Below are positions 46,407 through 56,882 of a stretch of 64,000 bases of DNA, one piece after another. The notes under the pieces were generated by a model, which did no database searches, was not told the DNA's origin, and worked only from the letters and a program-made list of their open reading frames with translations. The first letter of the stretch is position 1; each line of letters starts with the position of its first letter. Position numbers and translations under genes: made by a program. The DNA lies in the IMG/VR virus record IMGVR_UViG_3300043426_000266, positions 141,064 through 205,063 of that record, one strand, 5' to 3'.

Positions 46407-47684
46407 ATGGATTTATTTAAAGGAGCACTCTCTTTGGAGTCAGCTCAGTTCCTTGATACCGATTTTGCCGAGGAACTCTTAAACGAACTCCAGCGATTAA
46501 GAGACATTGGTGATTTTGGTCAAGCAGCAATGAAGAAATGTAAAGTGTCTGCAATTACAAAACTATATACAGACATTGATTTACAGTTTGTTATTTCAGA
46601 TCAAATTCAAAATAACGCATATTTTATTCTCCCGCACATGGATAAAAACCATCCATTCTTTAAACAGATGGGGTTATCCCCGGATTGGGCTTCTTCTTCA
46701 ACCACACTACAGTCTATTCGTGAAGCTGCAAGTAAGTCTAAAGATGCTGGGGTTGACTTGCGCACAGGACGTGTTAAAGGTTATTTTAAACAAGTAAAAG
46801 TAACCATCGTCATGTCGCATAATTTCTTTGTTGATAAGAAATGGAAAACCCAAGAAATTGCAGGCATCTTCGCACATGAGTTAGGTCATGCATTTACCTA
46901 CTTTGAATACTTCGGTAATATCGTCCGTCGCTCGATGTTAATCGACCAAGCATCTAAAACAGTGATGGATGCAAAGTATAACTCTGAAGAAAAGAAAAAG
47001 TTAATTACTGAGGTTGAAAAGCAGCTTGGAATCGAAACCTTAACCGCTGAGAAAACAATTAACTTAAATGGCATAAAAGGTAAACATAGCATTGAAGAAG
47101 TGCTTATTACTGACGATGTATTTAATCATTCCCGTACTGAGTCTTCAACCCCATTCTACGATGCTCGTAATGTAGAACAACTTGCTGATCAGTTCTGTGT
47201 GATTCACGGAATGGGCAAATGGCAAAGTGAAGCCTTGGCGAAACTATACAAACATTACCGTGATCCAGAGGCGGTGACTTCTCTTGAGTTCTTTGTGGTT
47301 GAGATTATTAAGTTAACATTATTTTTAGTTTTAACTTTCTACAACCCTTTCTTTACATTGATCTATGGGTTAACCTTTGTTCCGATGAGTCAAATCTACG
47401 ATAAACCTAAAGATCGTATTCTTTTCTTAAAACGACAAATGATCTCTAACCTGAAATCAACCAATGATAAATTTATCAAAGCAAAATTGGTTACTGATAT
47501 TCAGGCGATTGATGACCTACTTACTGAGTTTACAAAACGAAGCACTATTTTCGACTTCTATTGTAACTACTTGAACCCGGTAGGTCGTCGTATGTTTAAA
47601 GAAGAAACTTTCCGTAAAGGAATTGAGAATGCTTTAAACAATGATATTTTCTTAAAAGCTGCAGAATTGGAGATGATTAAATGA
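46407..47684 (+). CDS. Virion head protein with a zincin metallopeptidase motif
   Basis: FAHELGH (HExxH) plus EQLADQF; N-terminal SLE|S protease site; GAGGT SD gives the start at 46407. Confidence 0.7.
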   Translation: MDLFKGALSLESAQFLDTDFAEELLNELQRLRDIGDFGQAAMKKCKVSAITKLYTDIDLQFVISDQIQNNAYFILPHMDKNHPFFKQMGLSPDWASSSTTLQSIREAASKSKDAGVDLRTGRVKGYFKQVKVTIVMSHNFFVDKKWKTQEIAGIFAHELGHAFTYFEYFGNIVRRSMLIDQASKTVMDAKYNSEEKKKLITEVEKQLGIETLTAEKTINLNGIKGKHSIEEVLITDDVFNHSRTESSTPFYDARNVEQLADQFCVIHGMGKWQSEALAKLYKHYRDPEAVTSLEFFVVEIIKLTLFLVLTFYNPFFTLIYGLTFVPMSQIYDKPKDRILFLKRQMISNLKSTNDKFIKAKLVTDIQAIDDLLTEFTKRSTIFDFYCNYLNPVGRRMFKEETFRKGIENALNNDIFLKAAELEMIK

Positions 47685-48151
47685 GCGTCATGAATATTAA
47701 AGACCTTTACCAGGCGGTGAAGAGTATTGAAACTGACTTTGGTTCAACTGTTGCAGTGAATCGTTCTGAGTATGTTGCTGTTGCTGTTGGTGCAATTGCA
47801 GCGTCTATTCTACCTTTACCTACATCACCTGTAAACAACCCAACAAACCATTGGATTTTACAGTGTGAATCTACGTTAAAAACATTACTCTCACAGCTCA
47901 ATGAAATGTACGTGATTGACATTAAACAATCCCTGACCATTGCACGACAAGTCTATCTTGCGCGTTACCGCCGTGTCTACGATGTTGCTTTGATTGTTTC
48001 TGAGCTTAATCTACTTATGCCTGACCATGTTTCTAAAATGCCAGACGGCGTGAAGAAAATGTTTGAGGGGATGAGTGAGAATCAAAAGCATGGGTTCGGT
48101 AATCATCTCACAACGGTTTTAACTAATATGTTAGAATCACCAGCACAATAA
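47681..48151 (+). CDS. Hypothetical protein, probably virion-associated
   Basis: ATGA overlap, GGAG SD. Confidence 0.65.
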   Translation: MSVMNIKDLYQAVKSIETDFGSTVAVNRSEYVAVAVGAIAASILPLPTSPVNNPTNHWILQCESTLKTLLSQLNEMYVIDIKQSLTIARQVYLARYRRVYDVALIVSELNLLMPDHVSKMPDGVKKMFEGMSENQKHGFGNHLTTVLTNMLESPAQ

Positions 48152-48155
48152 CAAA

Positions 48156-48175
48156 AAGGAGGGGAAACCCTCCTT
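48156..48175 (+). terminator. Intrinsic terminator with a GAAA loop
   Basis: AAGGAGGG-GAAA-CCCTCCTT. Confidence 0.75.
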
Positions 48176-48192
48176 CTTTTATCGAGGTCGTC

Positions 48193-49887
48193 ATGGCTGA
48201 ATTATATCAGATGTATGCTGATAAACAATCACAAATTGAAAGTGTAGTAAATGGATTATTAACCTCCGGCATGATTTCCATGGAAGAGGCGAATGAACTG
48301 GAGAGTTTAGTTCCAGGGGAAATTCAAAACCTTGATCCAAATATCATTTTTGATCTAGACCCATCCAACCATGGGTCTAAAATTGCACTAGAAGCAGCGC
48401 TGGCTGGGTTAGATAAAATTAAGATTGCTTTTATTGTTGCAGTTGTTGCTTTCATTTTGCGCTACATTAGTTCTCTACACAAGTCAGCAGGTTATTCCTT
48501 TAGCGGTGGTTCTGGTGGTGGTTGGGGCGGTTCTGCACCAACTGAGTTTAAATCGAACGCAAAACCAGTATCAACTCGATTCTCTAGCGATGTTGCAAAC
48601 CATCAAAACTTATTGGTTGATGATTTTAAAATGAACCATGATAAATTCATGGAGCAGTTAGACAAATTTACTCCATGGGGAAATAATGCAGGTCATTTGA
48701 AAAGTTTAAAATCAAACAAATCATTTAAACGTTTTGTTGAAGTAACGATCAAAGATATTTTGAATCGTAACAAACATCAAGATGACCACGGGAATATTTA
48801 TTTTTTCTCAGAAGGAACAAAACCAGTTTCTTTTGTTGAATATGCCGAAGGTCGTGGTTTGGAAGATAAGAATCTAGCTAACCTGCCTAAGGTCTTAAGT
48901 TTAATTAACGAGTACTATAATCCTAAGGCGGTGTTCTCTGTTAATTATTCCAAAAATAAGATTCAGATCCCACCATTTGTATTATCTGAAAATCTAATTA
49001 CACCAGCCCTTGAATTTATTAAACAGGTCACAGTTCCTGTTTCTAAACTTCAAGAAATTGAAGCAGACGTAAGTAGTTTTATTAGTAAAATCAATTTAAA
49101 TAAAACCGTCCATCTTAGGCAACAAACCGAAGATGTCGTTGGTTGGATTAGTGGGCATTTTATTCTTCAAAATAATACCATTGGCAATGCGTCAGCAACC
49201 TCCAAACTCGGCGAGACCCTCTCTTCAATCTGTTTAATTCCAGTACCTGGAATTACTGCATATACAACAAATCATCAAATCGCAATATTTGATACAATGT
49301 ACCTAGACACAAACAAAATCTCTAACCATATTAAAAATATGATTAAAGTTTTTACTGCTTCTGTTGTTGATAAAAATGGTGCAACTGCTAAAGCGGACGA
49401 TGATGCGTTAAATAAACTTACGCGTGAATACTTTGAGGCAGTAACAAAAGGTGATGCAGATAAGGTTGATAAGGTTACTCGGATGGATCAGTTTATTCCA
49501 GTTATCGAAAGTTTCAATGAGCTACTCGAGAATGGTTATAAAGACTTTGAAAATCTTCAAGAAATCATTCAAGAATTTATTCAGCTTAACGCCGAATTTA
49601 AAAACCAAGGTCAAGGGTTTTTAGACTCTAAAACAGATGAGGAACGTAATTCTGAAGAGCAAAGGCACCACAGGGCTTTAAATTCGTTTATCGTTTGTTT
49701 AGATTTAACGTATAACGCAGTGATTGCATTGAGTTCTTGCTTTGCTGGTGTGGCGACTATTGGTGCTCAAATCCAAAAATTTGAAGTGGCAAAAATCAAA
49801 CAAGTAATTGGGGAGTTAAATGAAATGAATAAACATTATTTCGATTTAACTCAAGATTTAATTAGAATTAATGAGGCACACCCATGA
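48193..49887 (+). CDS. Internal head protein (564 aa)
   Basis: SME and ALE processing motifs followed by a hydrophobic stretch and a G/S linker. Confidence 0.65.
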   Translation: MAELYQMYADKQSQIESVVNGLLTSGMISMEEANELESLVPGEIQNLDPNIIFDLDPSNHGSKIALEAALAGLDKIKIAFIVAVVAFILRYISSLHKSAGYSFSGGSGGGWGGSAPTEFKSNAKPVSTRFSSDVANHQNLLVDDFKMNHDKFMEQLDKFTPWGNNAGHLKSLKSNKSFKRFVEVTIKDILNRNKHQDDHGNIYFFSEGTKPVSFVEYAEGRGLEDKNLANLPKVLSLINEYYNPKAVFSVNYSKNKIQIPPFVLSENLITPALEFIKQVTVPVSKLQEIEADVSSFISKINLNKTVHLRQQTEDVVGWISGHFILQNNTIGNASATSKLGETLSSICLIPVPGITAYTTNHQIAIFDTMYLDTNKISNHIKNMIKVFTASVVDKNGATAKADDDALNKLTREYFEAVTKGDADKVDKVTRMDQFIPVIESFNELLENGYKDFENLQEIIQEFIQLNAEFKNQGQGFLDSKTDEERNSEEQRHHRALNSFIVCLDLTYNAVIALSSCFAGVATIGAQIQKFEVAKIKQVIGELNEMNKHYFDLTQDLIRINEAHP

Positions 49888-51614
49888 CCATTGCAGCATA
49901 CTTAGACAAAGAAGATGATCCAGAAATCAATCGGATCTCCGAACTCACCCCATCTCAGTATCAGGGGTTAGCAAACGTATTAGCGATCGACAAGGCTGAA
50001 CAATCTATTATAGATGAAGTCACTGGTGTTGATGGCGACGAAGCAGACGACGAAGCTGAGGAAGCCGCAGAGGAAAAAGAACTTAAATCTCTTTTTGAAT
50101 CCCTTTACGAAATTGATCCTGAAACAAAAGAACCTTTTGTTAAGGGCTCTGCTTACGATTTGAAGAAGTGGGATGAAAGCATGATTTGTTTTGCTTTCGG
50201 CTCAGAAGAAGAAGCAATTGCTTTGGAAGATTATCGTAGCCCTGGCGAGAAGTATTTCCAAAAAATGTTCGATCGTGTTGGTACTAAAGAAACTGAATTA
50301 TCTCAATTCATTCGTTCTAAACGTTCGTGTATTGACTCAGGTACAGTGGATAAAAACTTTGCAAAAGGCTACGCTGCTGTTATGGGTCATCCAATGCAGA
50401 ATGTTCGAATGGAATCATTCACCAATGAACCAACAGCAACGAACTTTAAAATTGCAATGGAAGAAATGACACAACAACAGATGGCGTTGGCTGCAGGCGG
50501 CGCCGTGCTTGGTGTTGGTTTGGTGTACAAGATGATTCAATGGTTTGCAAAGGCGTTAAACAAAAATACTTTAGCAACCAGTTCAATCAAAGAGAACTTC
50601 AGTGCCTTTACTAGCCGTAAAGAGATGTTGAAGAATGGTAAATACGAACTTGCTATTGCCAAAGATACCGTTAAACAAGCAGTAGACAAACTTGTTGCCG
50701 ACTATTCATCTAAAATTAAAGAAATCGGACAAGCGCCAGGGTTGCTTAGCGATGCTTTAAGTAAAGAAGATCCAGCTGCAGTCTTTTCTATTCTCACTTC
50801 ATTGGAAGCTAAAACTGTTTTGAAAGGAAAGTATAATCTCTTCATTAAACAACTTATTGAAGGAAAAATTGGTTCTACTTTCTGGAGTAATTTAAATACA
50901 TTAACAAACGATGCAATTGTTGCACAAACAACAATTGGTAGTTCTATTGAATATATGCTGGACAATCGCCGTATTAATGAAGAGAAGCCAAAACCCGTTG
51001 ATTTTAAATTCCTAAATACAATAACTTTGTTGGTTAAAGAGTTGGGTATTGAAATTGGCGGCAATGGGTTTGTTGCTTTTAATCCATCAACAAACAATGC
51101 GGAAGAATGTATCAATAGTTTTAATGCGATCGCTGACCAACAACTCTTTATTGTAAAAGAAGGTGAGCCTGATTTCAATGCTCAGCAGCTTAATAACAAT
51201 AATAGTTTTGAGATGATTTCCACCGAAACATTTGGTAACTTCTCTAACGAGTATATTGACAACCTGATTGATAGCGCCAAACAAATTGAAGAATTGGCAA
51301 GTAAGTATCATGGTGAAAACGAGGTTAAAGACAACACCGATAAGGTTGAAATTGCAAATAAACGAAATCGAGTTAAAGAACTGGTAAAAGAGTTTAAATT
51401 GGTTTCTTCTATTTTGCGTTTTGTTATTCGTGTCCGTAACCAACTTGGTACACTTGCTTTAGCAATGAATAAAGTCAGTGAAAGCACGCTAAGCAAAATT
51501 CAATCATACTTTAAAGGTATTGGTTCAACAGCAGCAAGTGTCATTGATAGCGTCAAGGAAGCAACTGACTTGGTCGGTAGCGGATTCCGTGGTGATACTA
51601 AGAAACGAACATAA
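49884..51614 (+). CDS. Internal head protein (576 aa)
   Basis: Acidic propeptide, ALE/AME motifs, then the hydrophobic ALAAGGAVLGVGLVY segment. Confidence 0.65.
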   Translation: MTIAAYLDKEDDPEINRISELTPSQYQGLANVLAIDKAEQSIIDEVTGVDGDEADDEAEEAAEEKELKSLFESLYEIDPETKEPFVKGSAYDLKKWDESMICFAFGSEEEAIALEDYRSPGEKYFQKMFDRVGTKETELSQFIRSKRSCIDSGTVDKNFAKGYAAVMGHPMQNVRMESFTNEPTATNFKIAMEEMTQQQMALAAGGAVLGVGLVYKMIQWFAKALNKNTLATSSIKENFSAFTSRKEMLKNGKYELAIAKDTVKQAVDKLVADYSSKIKEIGQAPGLLSDALSKEDPAAVFSILTSLEAKTVLKGKYNLFIKQLIEGKIGSTFWSNLNTLTNDAIVAQTTIGSSIEYMLDNRRINEEKPKPVDFKFLNTITLLVKELGIEIGGNGFVAFNPSTNNAEECINSFNAIADQQLFIVKEGEPDFNAQQLNNNNSFEMISTETFGNFSNEYIDNLIDSAKQIEELASKYHGENEVKDNTDKVEIANKRNRVKELVKEFKLVSSILRFVIRVRNQLGTLALAMNKVSESTLSKIQSYFKGIGSTAASVIDSVKEATDLVGSGFRGDTKKRT

Positions 51615-51616
51615 GC

Positions 51617-51644
51617 AAAAGAGAGCCCCTAGGGGCTCTCTTTT
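51617..51644. terminator. 28-bp perfect palindrome, bidirectional terminator
   Basis: AAAAGAGAGCCCCTAGGGGCTCTCTTTT. Confidence 0.85.
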
Positions 51645-54586
51645 TATTTTGATGCAGTTGAATGTTCAACGAATTCAATTCGAACTTCATCGGCAACAAT
51701 GAGTTCTAAATTCGATGTAACGTCTAAACGTTTTGGAACAGAGAAAGAGATTGAGTTATCTAACACCGTCGCAGTTTCAAATTCGTCTTTCAACCAACCG
51801 TTAACCTTGACACCGATCACCCATTCCCCCATTTCATTTTTCAACATTGAAATAATGTCTGATTTAGAAATGGTTAGATTTATTTCAAAGAACTTAACTA
51901 AAACCTCTGCGGTTCGTTTTCGAATGGCCTTGACAATAGATTCGTTAGATGAAATACGTTCATCAACAATATAAACAATATGAAGCTTCTGAGAAGCAGG
52001 CATGTAGATTTGTTCATTATTGTCAACAAGAATCTTAATATCCCCTTCGGTTGTTTTAGGGTGGAAGAAGACCGAGGTGCGCTCTAATAATTCATCAGCG
52101 TACTTATCAATCACATCTAACCAACCATCAATTTCGTTTTTAACTGACTCTCGGTAATCGAGCGTCGGTTGATGCGTTGCAAAGAAATATTTACCATCCA
52201 ACAACAACAAATCGTACTGTCTCATGAAACCCCGTTCACCCCCAATTGGAACCGGGTTTCCTTGCTCATCAACCACCGTATCCCCAGCCACATACTTGAT
52301 TCTTGGTAAATCGTTTGCATCAAGTTTAGGATCACCTTTTGCATGAAGAAGTGTGTAAACAATCTCACCATTTACCCAGGTGAATTCAGGAGATCCGAAG
52401 TTATCTAATTGATACTCGTTTTCCTCGTAAACCAATGGAACGTCAGCAGCATACTTTTGGAATCGGGTTTCATCAATTGAAGTCCGTGCTCGTCTCCATA
52501 GGTGTTTAAGTTCATTACCTAAAACAATTCTCACACGCTCATGAACAACAGCAAAATAGTTCGCTGAATTCATTAACGTATACCCGGGTAAACTTTCGAC
52601 ATCCAACATACTATCAATCTGAGTTCTTAAGTCCTCACCCAACCCTTCCTTATAAACTACGGTGAAGATGTCAGCAAAACCATCAAGTTTAAATGGAATG
52701 TTTCTTGGACCAATAAGAATTTCATCATTATCAGTAATCTCCCAGTCGGTTGGTAAACTGAAACGATAAATGTAGTTGTTGTCCACTGGTTTCTCTGTGT
52801 TAATATCAATTGGGGTAGTCAGCACGCCAGTGAACCAGTAGAAGTAACGATTGTTTTCATCAGAAATTCTAAGTTGAATAGAAAGATTATTCGTTGGCTC
52901 ATCTCTAAGTTCAGCAGAGGGTTGTATCTGAACATAAATAGAATAGCCAGAATAATTCGCATCAATTTGAATCTTGTACGAAATAATACTCGAAGAGAAA
53001 CCAATTGACGTGTTCTCGGTTTCAATACTTTTCGAAATGATTCTTGGACGATCTAAACGATATGGTTTAACACCATAAACGTCTTTAGAGATATCATGAA
53101 CCATAAAGTACGGACAGTAGAAGAAACGAGCATCATTCACCGTGTTAATGAGATCATCAATACCCGTTATGTTTCGATTTAAGAGATTTCTTAAACGTTG
53201 CTGGTCAACCAACCAGAGTTTACCATTAATAAGCTCATAAAGCGCATTAGGAAGCACTGTAACCTGGTTTGTATTATTTCTGGTAGAATCTGTATTTAAA
53301 ACTAATTCGTTCAGTGTGGTCGAATGAGGCATCATTAATGCGCCAATCGCAGAGGAGGCATTCATGTCAGGGGTTGCCAACTGTTTTGTTGCTAGGAAAA
53401 CCCGATCAGTAATATTATCTAACGCCAGTAACGTTGAGAACCCATCGTTTTGTAACTGAGTTTCAAGTTGGTTTGGTGTAATTGCAATTCCTTCAGTTAC
53501 ACTTGAACGATTGACTACTCGTTTACGCATCTGGTCAAATGTAGTTCCATTTGTACCACCAGTAATATAACCCTCTGACGCAATGATGTAATTTGTAAAA
53601 ACGTTCATCTGTGCAGAGAAACGCTCTTTCTCCAATACATCATGATCAACCCAGCTTGCTTTAAATAAGGTATTACTGATGTTAAAGATTGGAACGTTGA
53701 TTTCACCTTGAGTTGTATAGATATCAATTCGAATGTTATCTTTTAATAGATTGGTATTCTTGTATACTTGAGGGATTTCAATGTCAACTGTACCATTATT
53801 TACTTTAGCGATGACAGTTGGTGTACCATTATCAATCACGATCGGATTATGTCGAACGGACATTGGTTGCCAATCTTCATTGTCGTTCCGCATAAAGGCT
53901 CGAAGAAAGTAAAACTTATCCTTGAACTTTAAAGAACGTTTTAAACCCTGAGTACCAGTAACTGCGCTAACTGAAGAGCTTACCTCTAATTGAAGAATCG
54001 GGATTTCAAAAAAGAGATAAGTGATACTTCCTTGTTTACGGAACTCAAATTCAATATCTGGGGTACTGATATTTTGTAATGGGTTCTTCTTCGATAAATT
54101 GTATTTAACCGAAAGACCGCCTGCCTTAGTCACAGTAATGTCAATTGGATATAAAAGGGTTAATGGAATGTCTACAGGAGTAATCTGTGAGTTTCTAGAA
54201 ATGGTAAGTTTGCGATTCCCAGAACCATCATTCACACTCACCGCTCTTTGTTCAATTTCATCCAGTGCCAGCCAGAACATTATCTTAGCCGAGCCAGGTG
54301 ATGAGAAACGACCTAAATAGTCCTCATCACTCATATGGCGATATAGATCATCCCAGTTTGAAGAGTTCTCTGGATATAATCGAGTGAGTGTCGCTAAGGA
54401 TTTATCCAAACCATTACAATAAACCGCAACCATTGTTTCCATTGCATAAACGAAAGGGTTAGACGGGTCAACAATCTTTGATTCACCATTTGAAAGTGCT
54501 TCTAATGCCCGTAGGGATAAGGAAGCAATCGCAGCAGGGTTTCCTTGTAGCTGGTCAATCGCAGCTTTAAAATCAACATTTAACAT
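51644..54586 (-). CDS. Baseplate wedge protein (phiKZ gp87 / T4 gp6-like)
   Basis: 980 aa; GG-x-x-G-x-T-x-D-x-x-R-x-R motif of baseplate J/gp6 proteins; TAATG coupling at 54586. Confidence 0.7.
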   Translation of the reverse strand: MLNVDFKAAIDQLQGNPAAIASLSLRALEALSNGESKIVDPSNPFVYAMETMVAVYCNGLDKSLATLTRLYPENSSNWDDLYRHMSDEDYLGRFSSPGSAKIMFWLALDEIEQRAVSVNDGSGNRKLTISRNSQITPVDIPLTLLYPIDITVTKAGGLSVKYNLSKKNPLQNISTPDIEFEFRKQGSITYLFFEIPILQLEVSSSVSAVTGTQGLKRSLKFKDKFYFLRAFMRNDNEDWQPMSVRHNPIVIDNGTPTVIAKVNNGTVDIEIPQVYKNTNLLKDNIRIDIYTTQGEINVPIFNISNTLFKASWVDHDVLEKERFSAQMNVFTNYIIASEGYITGGTNGTTFDQMRKRVVNRSSVTEGIAITPNQLETQLQNDGFSTLLALDNITDRVFLATKQLATPDMNASSAIGALMMPHSTTLNELVLNTDSTRNNTNQVTVLPNALYELINGKLWLVDQQRLRNLLNRNITGIDDLINTVNDARFFYCPYFMVHDISKDVYGVKPYRLDRPRIISKSIETENTSIGFSSSIISYKIQIDANYSGYSIYVQIQPSAELRDEPTNNLSIQLRISDENNRYFYWFTGVLTTPIDINTEKPVDNNYIYRFSLPTDWEITDNDEILIGPRNIPFKLDGFADIFTVVYKEGLGEDLRTQIDSMLDVESLPGYTLMNSANYFAVVHERVRIVLGNELKHLWRRARTSIDETRFQKYAADVPLVYEENEYQLDNFGSPEFTWVNGEIVYTLLHAKGDPKLDANDLPRIKYVAGDTVVDEQGNPVPIGGERGFMRQYDLLLLDGKYFFATHQPTLDYRESVKNEIDGWLDVIDKYADELLERTSVFFHPKTTEGDIKILVDNNEQIYMPASQKLHIVYIVDERISSNESIVKAIRKRTAEVLVKFFEINLTISKSDIISMLKNEMGEWVIGVKVNGWLKDEFETATVLDNSISFSVPKRLDVTSNLELIVADEVRIEFVEHSTASK

Positions 54587-55755
54587 TAGTAACCTCGAGC
54601 AATGAGTTCTTGATAAATCTCTGGAGCAATCCACCACTCCATATCCATGGTTTCAGGATTAATTCGTGGATAACCCATGTTGTCCATTGATGTGTATTTA
54701 GAAAAAGGAATTTTGATATAAACCGATTCCCGTTTACCCGAAACCATATTTGGATTAAACTGTTGAACCGTCTTATTAAACCACTCAATGATTCTTGGAT
54801 CGTAATAAACCGCTCCAAAACACGCAAAAGAAATACTTTGCATATTGGTATCGTCAACAAAAGGTTTATTCTCACTTTGGTTGAAACTCGCCCCTGTGTT
54901 TGTCGCAGTTGGGAAGGAAGCCCCCGTACAAAACATTTTTAATACCCGGGTGCGAGTAGGGTCTAAAACAAAACGATAAATACGAGTTTGATAATCAATT
55001 TCATTATCAATAATGGAATCAATGTATGGGTTAATATCCCCAAGATAAACCGAAGACATGTAATATAACCACAGATACAGCATTGTTCCTAATGGATCAC
55101 CATACATGTTTTTAAATGTAAAGTTTAAATCATATTTTCCGTACAAAGTGGATACATCATCGATCATCCCCCATTGTTCATGCATCACCCCCTCAGGTGA
55201 GGTGTATTGGTTCAAATCAGTATCTGGATAGCCGCTACTTGAGGCAACGTTGTTTCCAAGTATTGTTATGAATGGATTTAATGGATCGACTAGATCTGAT
55301 TTGTATATTGTTGGATTTAAACCTCTTAAAGTTGTTGCCGTTGGAGCAACTGGCGTACCCCCTGTATAGGGATCTAAAAAAGCACGAATAGCCCTCGCAA
55401 TTGAGCGGGGGTTATCATTTGCCAATAATGATAAAATATTCGCTAAAATGTTTTGATCACTTAAATTTAAACGCGGTCTTGTAAAAAATGTTAGACCAGT
55501 ACTCTCCTTTGCTGGAGGTAAAAGCCCTGGATTAGCAGAGCGTCTTGTTCCCCAAAAATTCGCGGTTACTGCTGAATCTAAAGGACCAAGACCAGAGACT
55601 GCGAGTAGATCATCTAAGTTTCCTAAATTCACAACAGTTTTAGCTAAATTAAGTCGCTCAATGTTCATACTAGATTTTGCTAGGGGTGTATTCTCTAATG
55701 TAAAATCTGCAAGCGCTTTCAACGGATTAAAAGACAATTCATTTGGATTAGTCAT
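54586..55755 (-). CDS. Baseplate/tail-tube-initiator-like virion protein (phiKZ gp88-like)
   Basis: G-x-TFFTRP-x-LNL and Y-x-TRIYRF-x-LD motifs; start at MTNPNE after GAGG. Confidence 0.65.
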   Translation of the reverse strand: MTNPNELSFNPLKALADFTLENTPLAKSSMNIERLNLAKTVVNLGNLDDLLAVSGLGPLDSAVTANFWGTRRSANPGLLPPAKESTGLTFFTRPRLNLSDQNILANILSLLANDNPRSIARAIRAFLDPYTGGTPVAPTATTLRGLNPTIYKSDLVDPLNPFITILGNNVASSSGYPDTDLNQYTSPEGVMHEQWGMIDDVSTLYGKYDLNFTFKNMYGDPLGTMLYLWLYYMSSVYLGDINPYIDSIIDNEIDYQTRIYRFVLDPTRTRVLKMFCTGASFPTATNTGASFNQSENKPFVDDTNMQSISFACFGAVYYDPRIIEWFNKTVQQFNPNMVSGKRESVYIKIPFSKYTSMDNMGYPRINPETMDMEWWIAPEIYQELIARGY

Positions 55756-55776
55756 TGAAAACCTCATGGTGGTAAT

Positions 55777-56868
55777 ATGCTTAGTAAAATCTTACAGCCG
55801 TTTCTTACAAACGCAATGAGTATTACGGAACTCTTTCGTAGTGCAACTGCAAACTCTTTAGTTGAGTATGCCTCTCACACCCGCGCAGAACCCACTTGTC
55901 TTATTGAAAATGAGATTTCTCATTTACCAGAAATGCAAGATATTGCTCGGACAATGCTTACAATTTTTTCAGGTTATTATTTAGCAAGCGTTGCAATTAG
56001 CACAAACGTTGGCGATATTAATATCATTAAACAACTAGATAAAGTCAATCCAAATCGTCGTATTAGCAACTCACTTGGGTCACCGGTTGATGCTTTGATT
56101 GCGATGGAGGCTTATGAAAATGGGTTACCTGATCCAAGCAAACCACGTAAGGTCGCATTAGAATCAGCTGATTCAGATGATTCGGCTGGGACAACCTCTG
56201 GGCGAAATACGATCGAGTTGATTAAAGCAGCAGATCAGCTCTCTGTAGGTAAAACTTTAGAAGTACAGTTTAATAGCCAAGGTGAGTCACGTACTATCTT
56301 TGTTAACACGCGTTTACAAGTACAACTTGCAACAGCGCAAGCGATGGCAAATATTTTAGCGATTGGCTCAATTGATAACTCGATTAAAGAACGTTATCAC
56401 AAATGGAAAGCTGGTGATGCGGACATGGTAAAAGATATTCTTTTATGCCGTGACATTTATGTTAACCATCGTAAAGCGTTGATTGCTGATAATACTGGCT
56501 ACTACGCCGCAGCACGTGCTGCAAATAAAGCCAATAAAATCTCAGCAATCTTATCCCAAAACCCATCGGTTGCAAACTACTCTTCTATTTTTATTGTTTC
56601 TCAAGAAACGGTAAATCGTTTAGAGCGTGAAACGGGTTATAAACTAGATCGTTTTGATCAACGTGAAAAAATCTTCGGTAAAACTTTTGCAATGATGATT
56701 GCAGTAGTAGAACCGCAGTGGCAACAAATCACCGTTTATCACCACTCAATTAACCGCCATACAACAGTTTCATTTAAAGATATGAAGTCTGTAGGTAAGT
56801 CAGGGTCTGGTGATGAAGTTAGTCAGGTTTTAGAAGCGTATAAGATCGGCGACGCTCCTAAATTTTAA
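55777..56868 (+). CDS. Major internal head protein (phiKZ gp89-like)
   Basis: SL-x-EY...R-x-EP, Y-x-x-YYL; AME and ALES processing sites; synteny. Confidence 0.7.
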   Translation: MLSKILQPFLTNAMSITELFRSATANSLVEYASHTRAEPTCLIENEISHLPEMQDIARTMLTIFSGYYLASVAISTNVGDINIIKQLDKVNPNRRISNSLGSPVDALIAMEAYENGLPDPSKPRKVALESADSDDSAGTTSGRNTIELIKAADQLSVGKTLEVQFNSQGESRTIFVNTRLQVQLATAQAMANILAIGSIDNSIKERYHKWKAGDADMVKDILLCRDIYVNHRKALIADNTGYYAAARAANKANKISAILSQNPSVANYSSIFIVSQETVNRLERETGYKLDRFDQREKIFGKTFAMMIAVVEPQWQQITVYHHSINRHTTVSFKDMKSVGKSGSGDEVSQVLEAYKIGDAPKF

Positions 56869-56882
56869 TAAGGATGTAAGAC

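Noticed and set aside
50702-51496. Antisense ORFs of 62-158 aa within the 49884 head gene
   Set aside because: Fully overlap a real gene on the opposite strand; S/L/F-rich composition typical of shadow ORFs.
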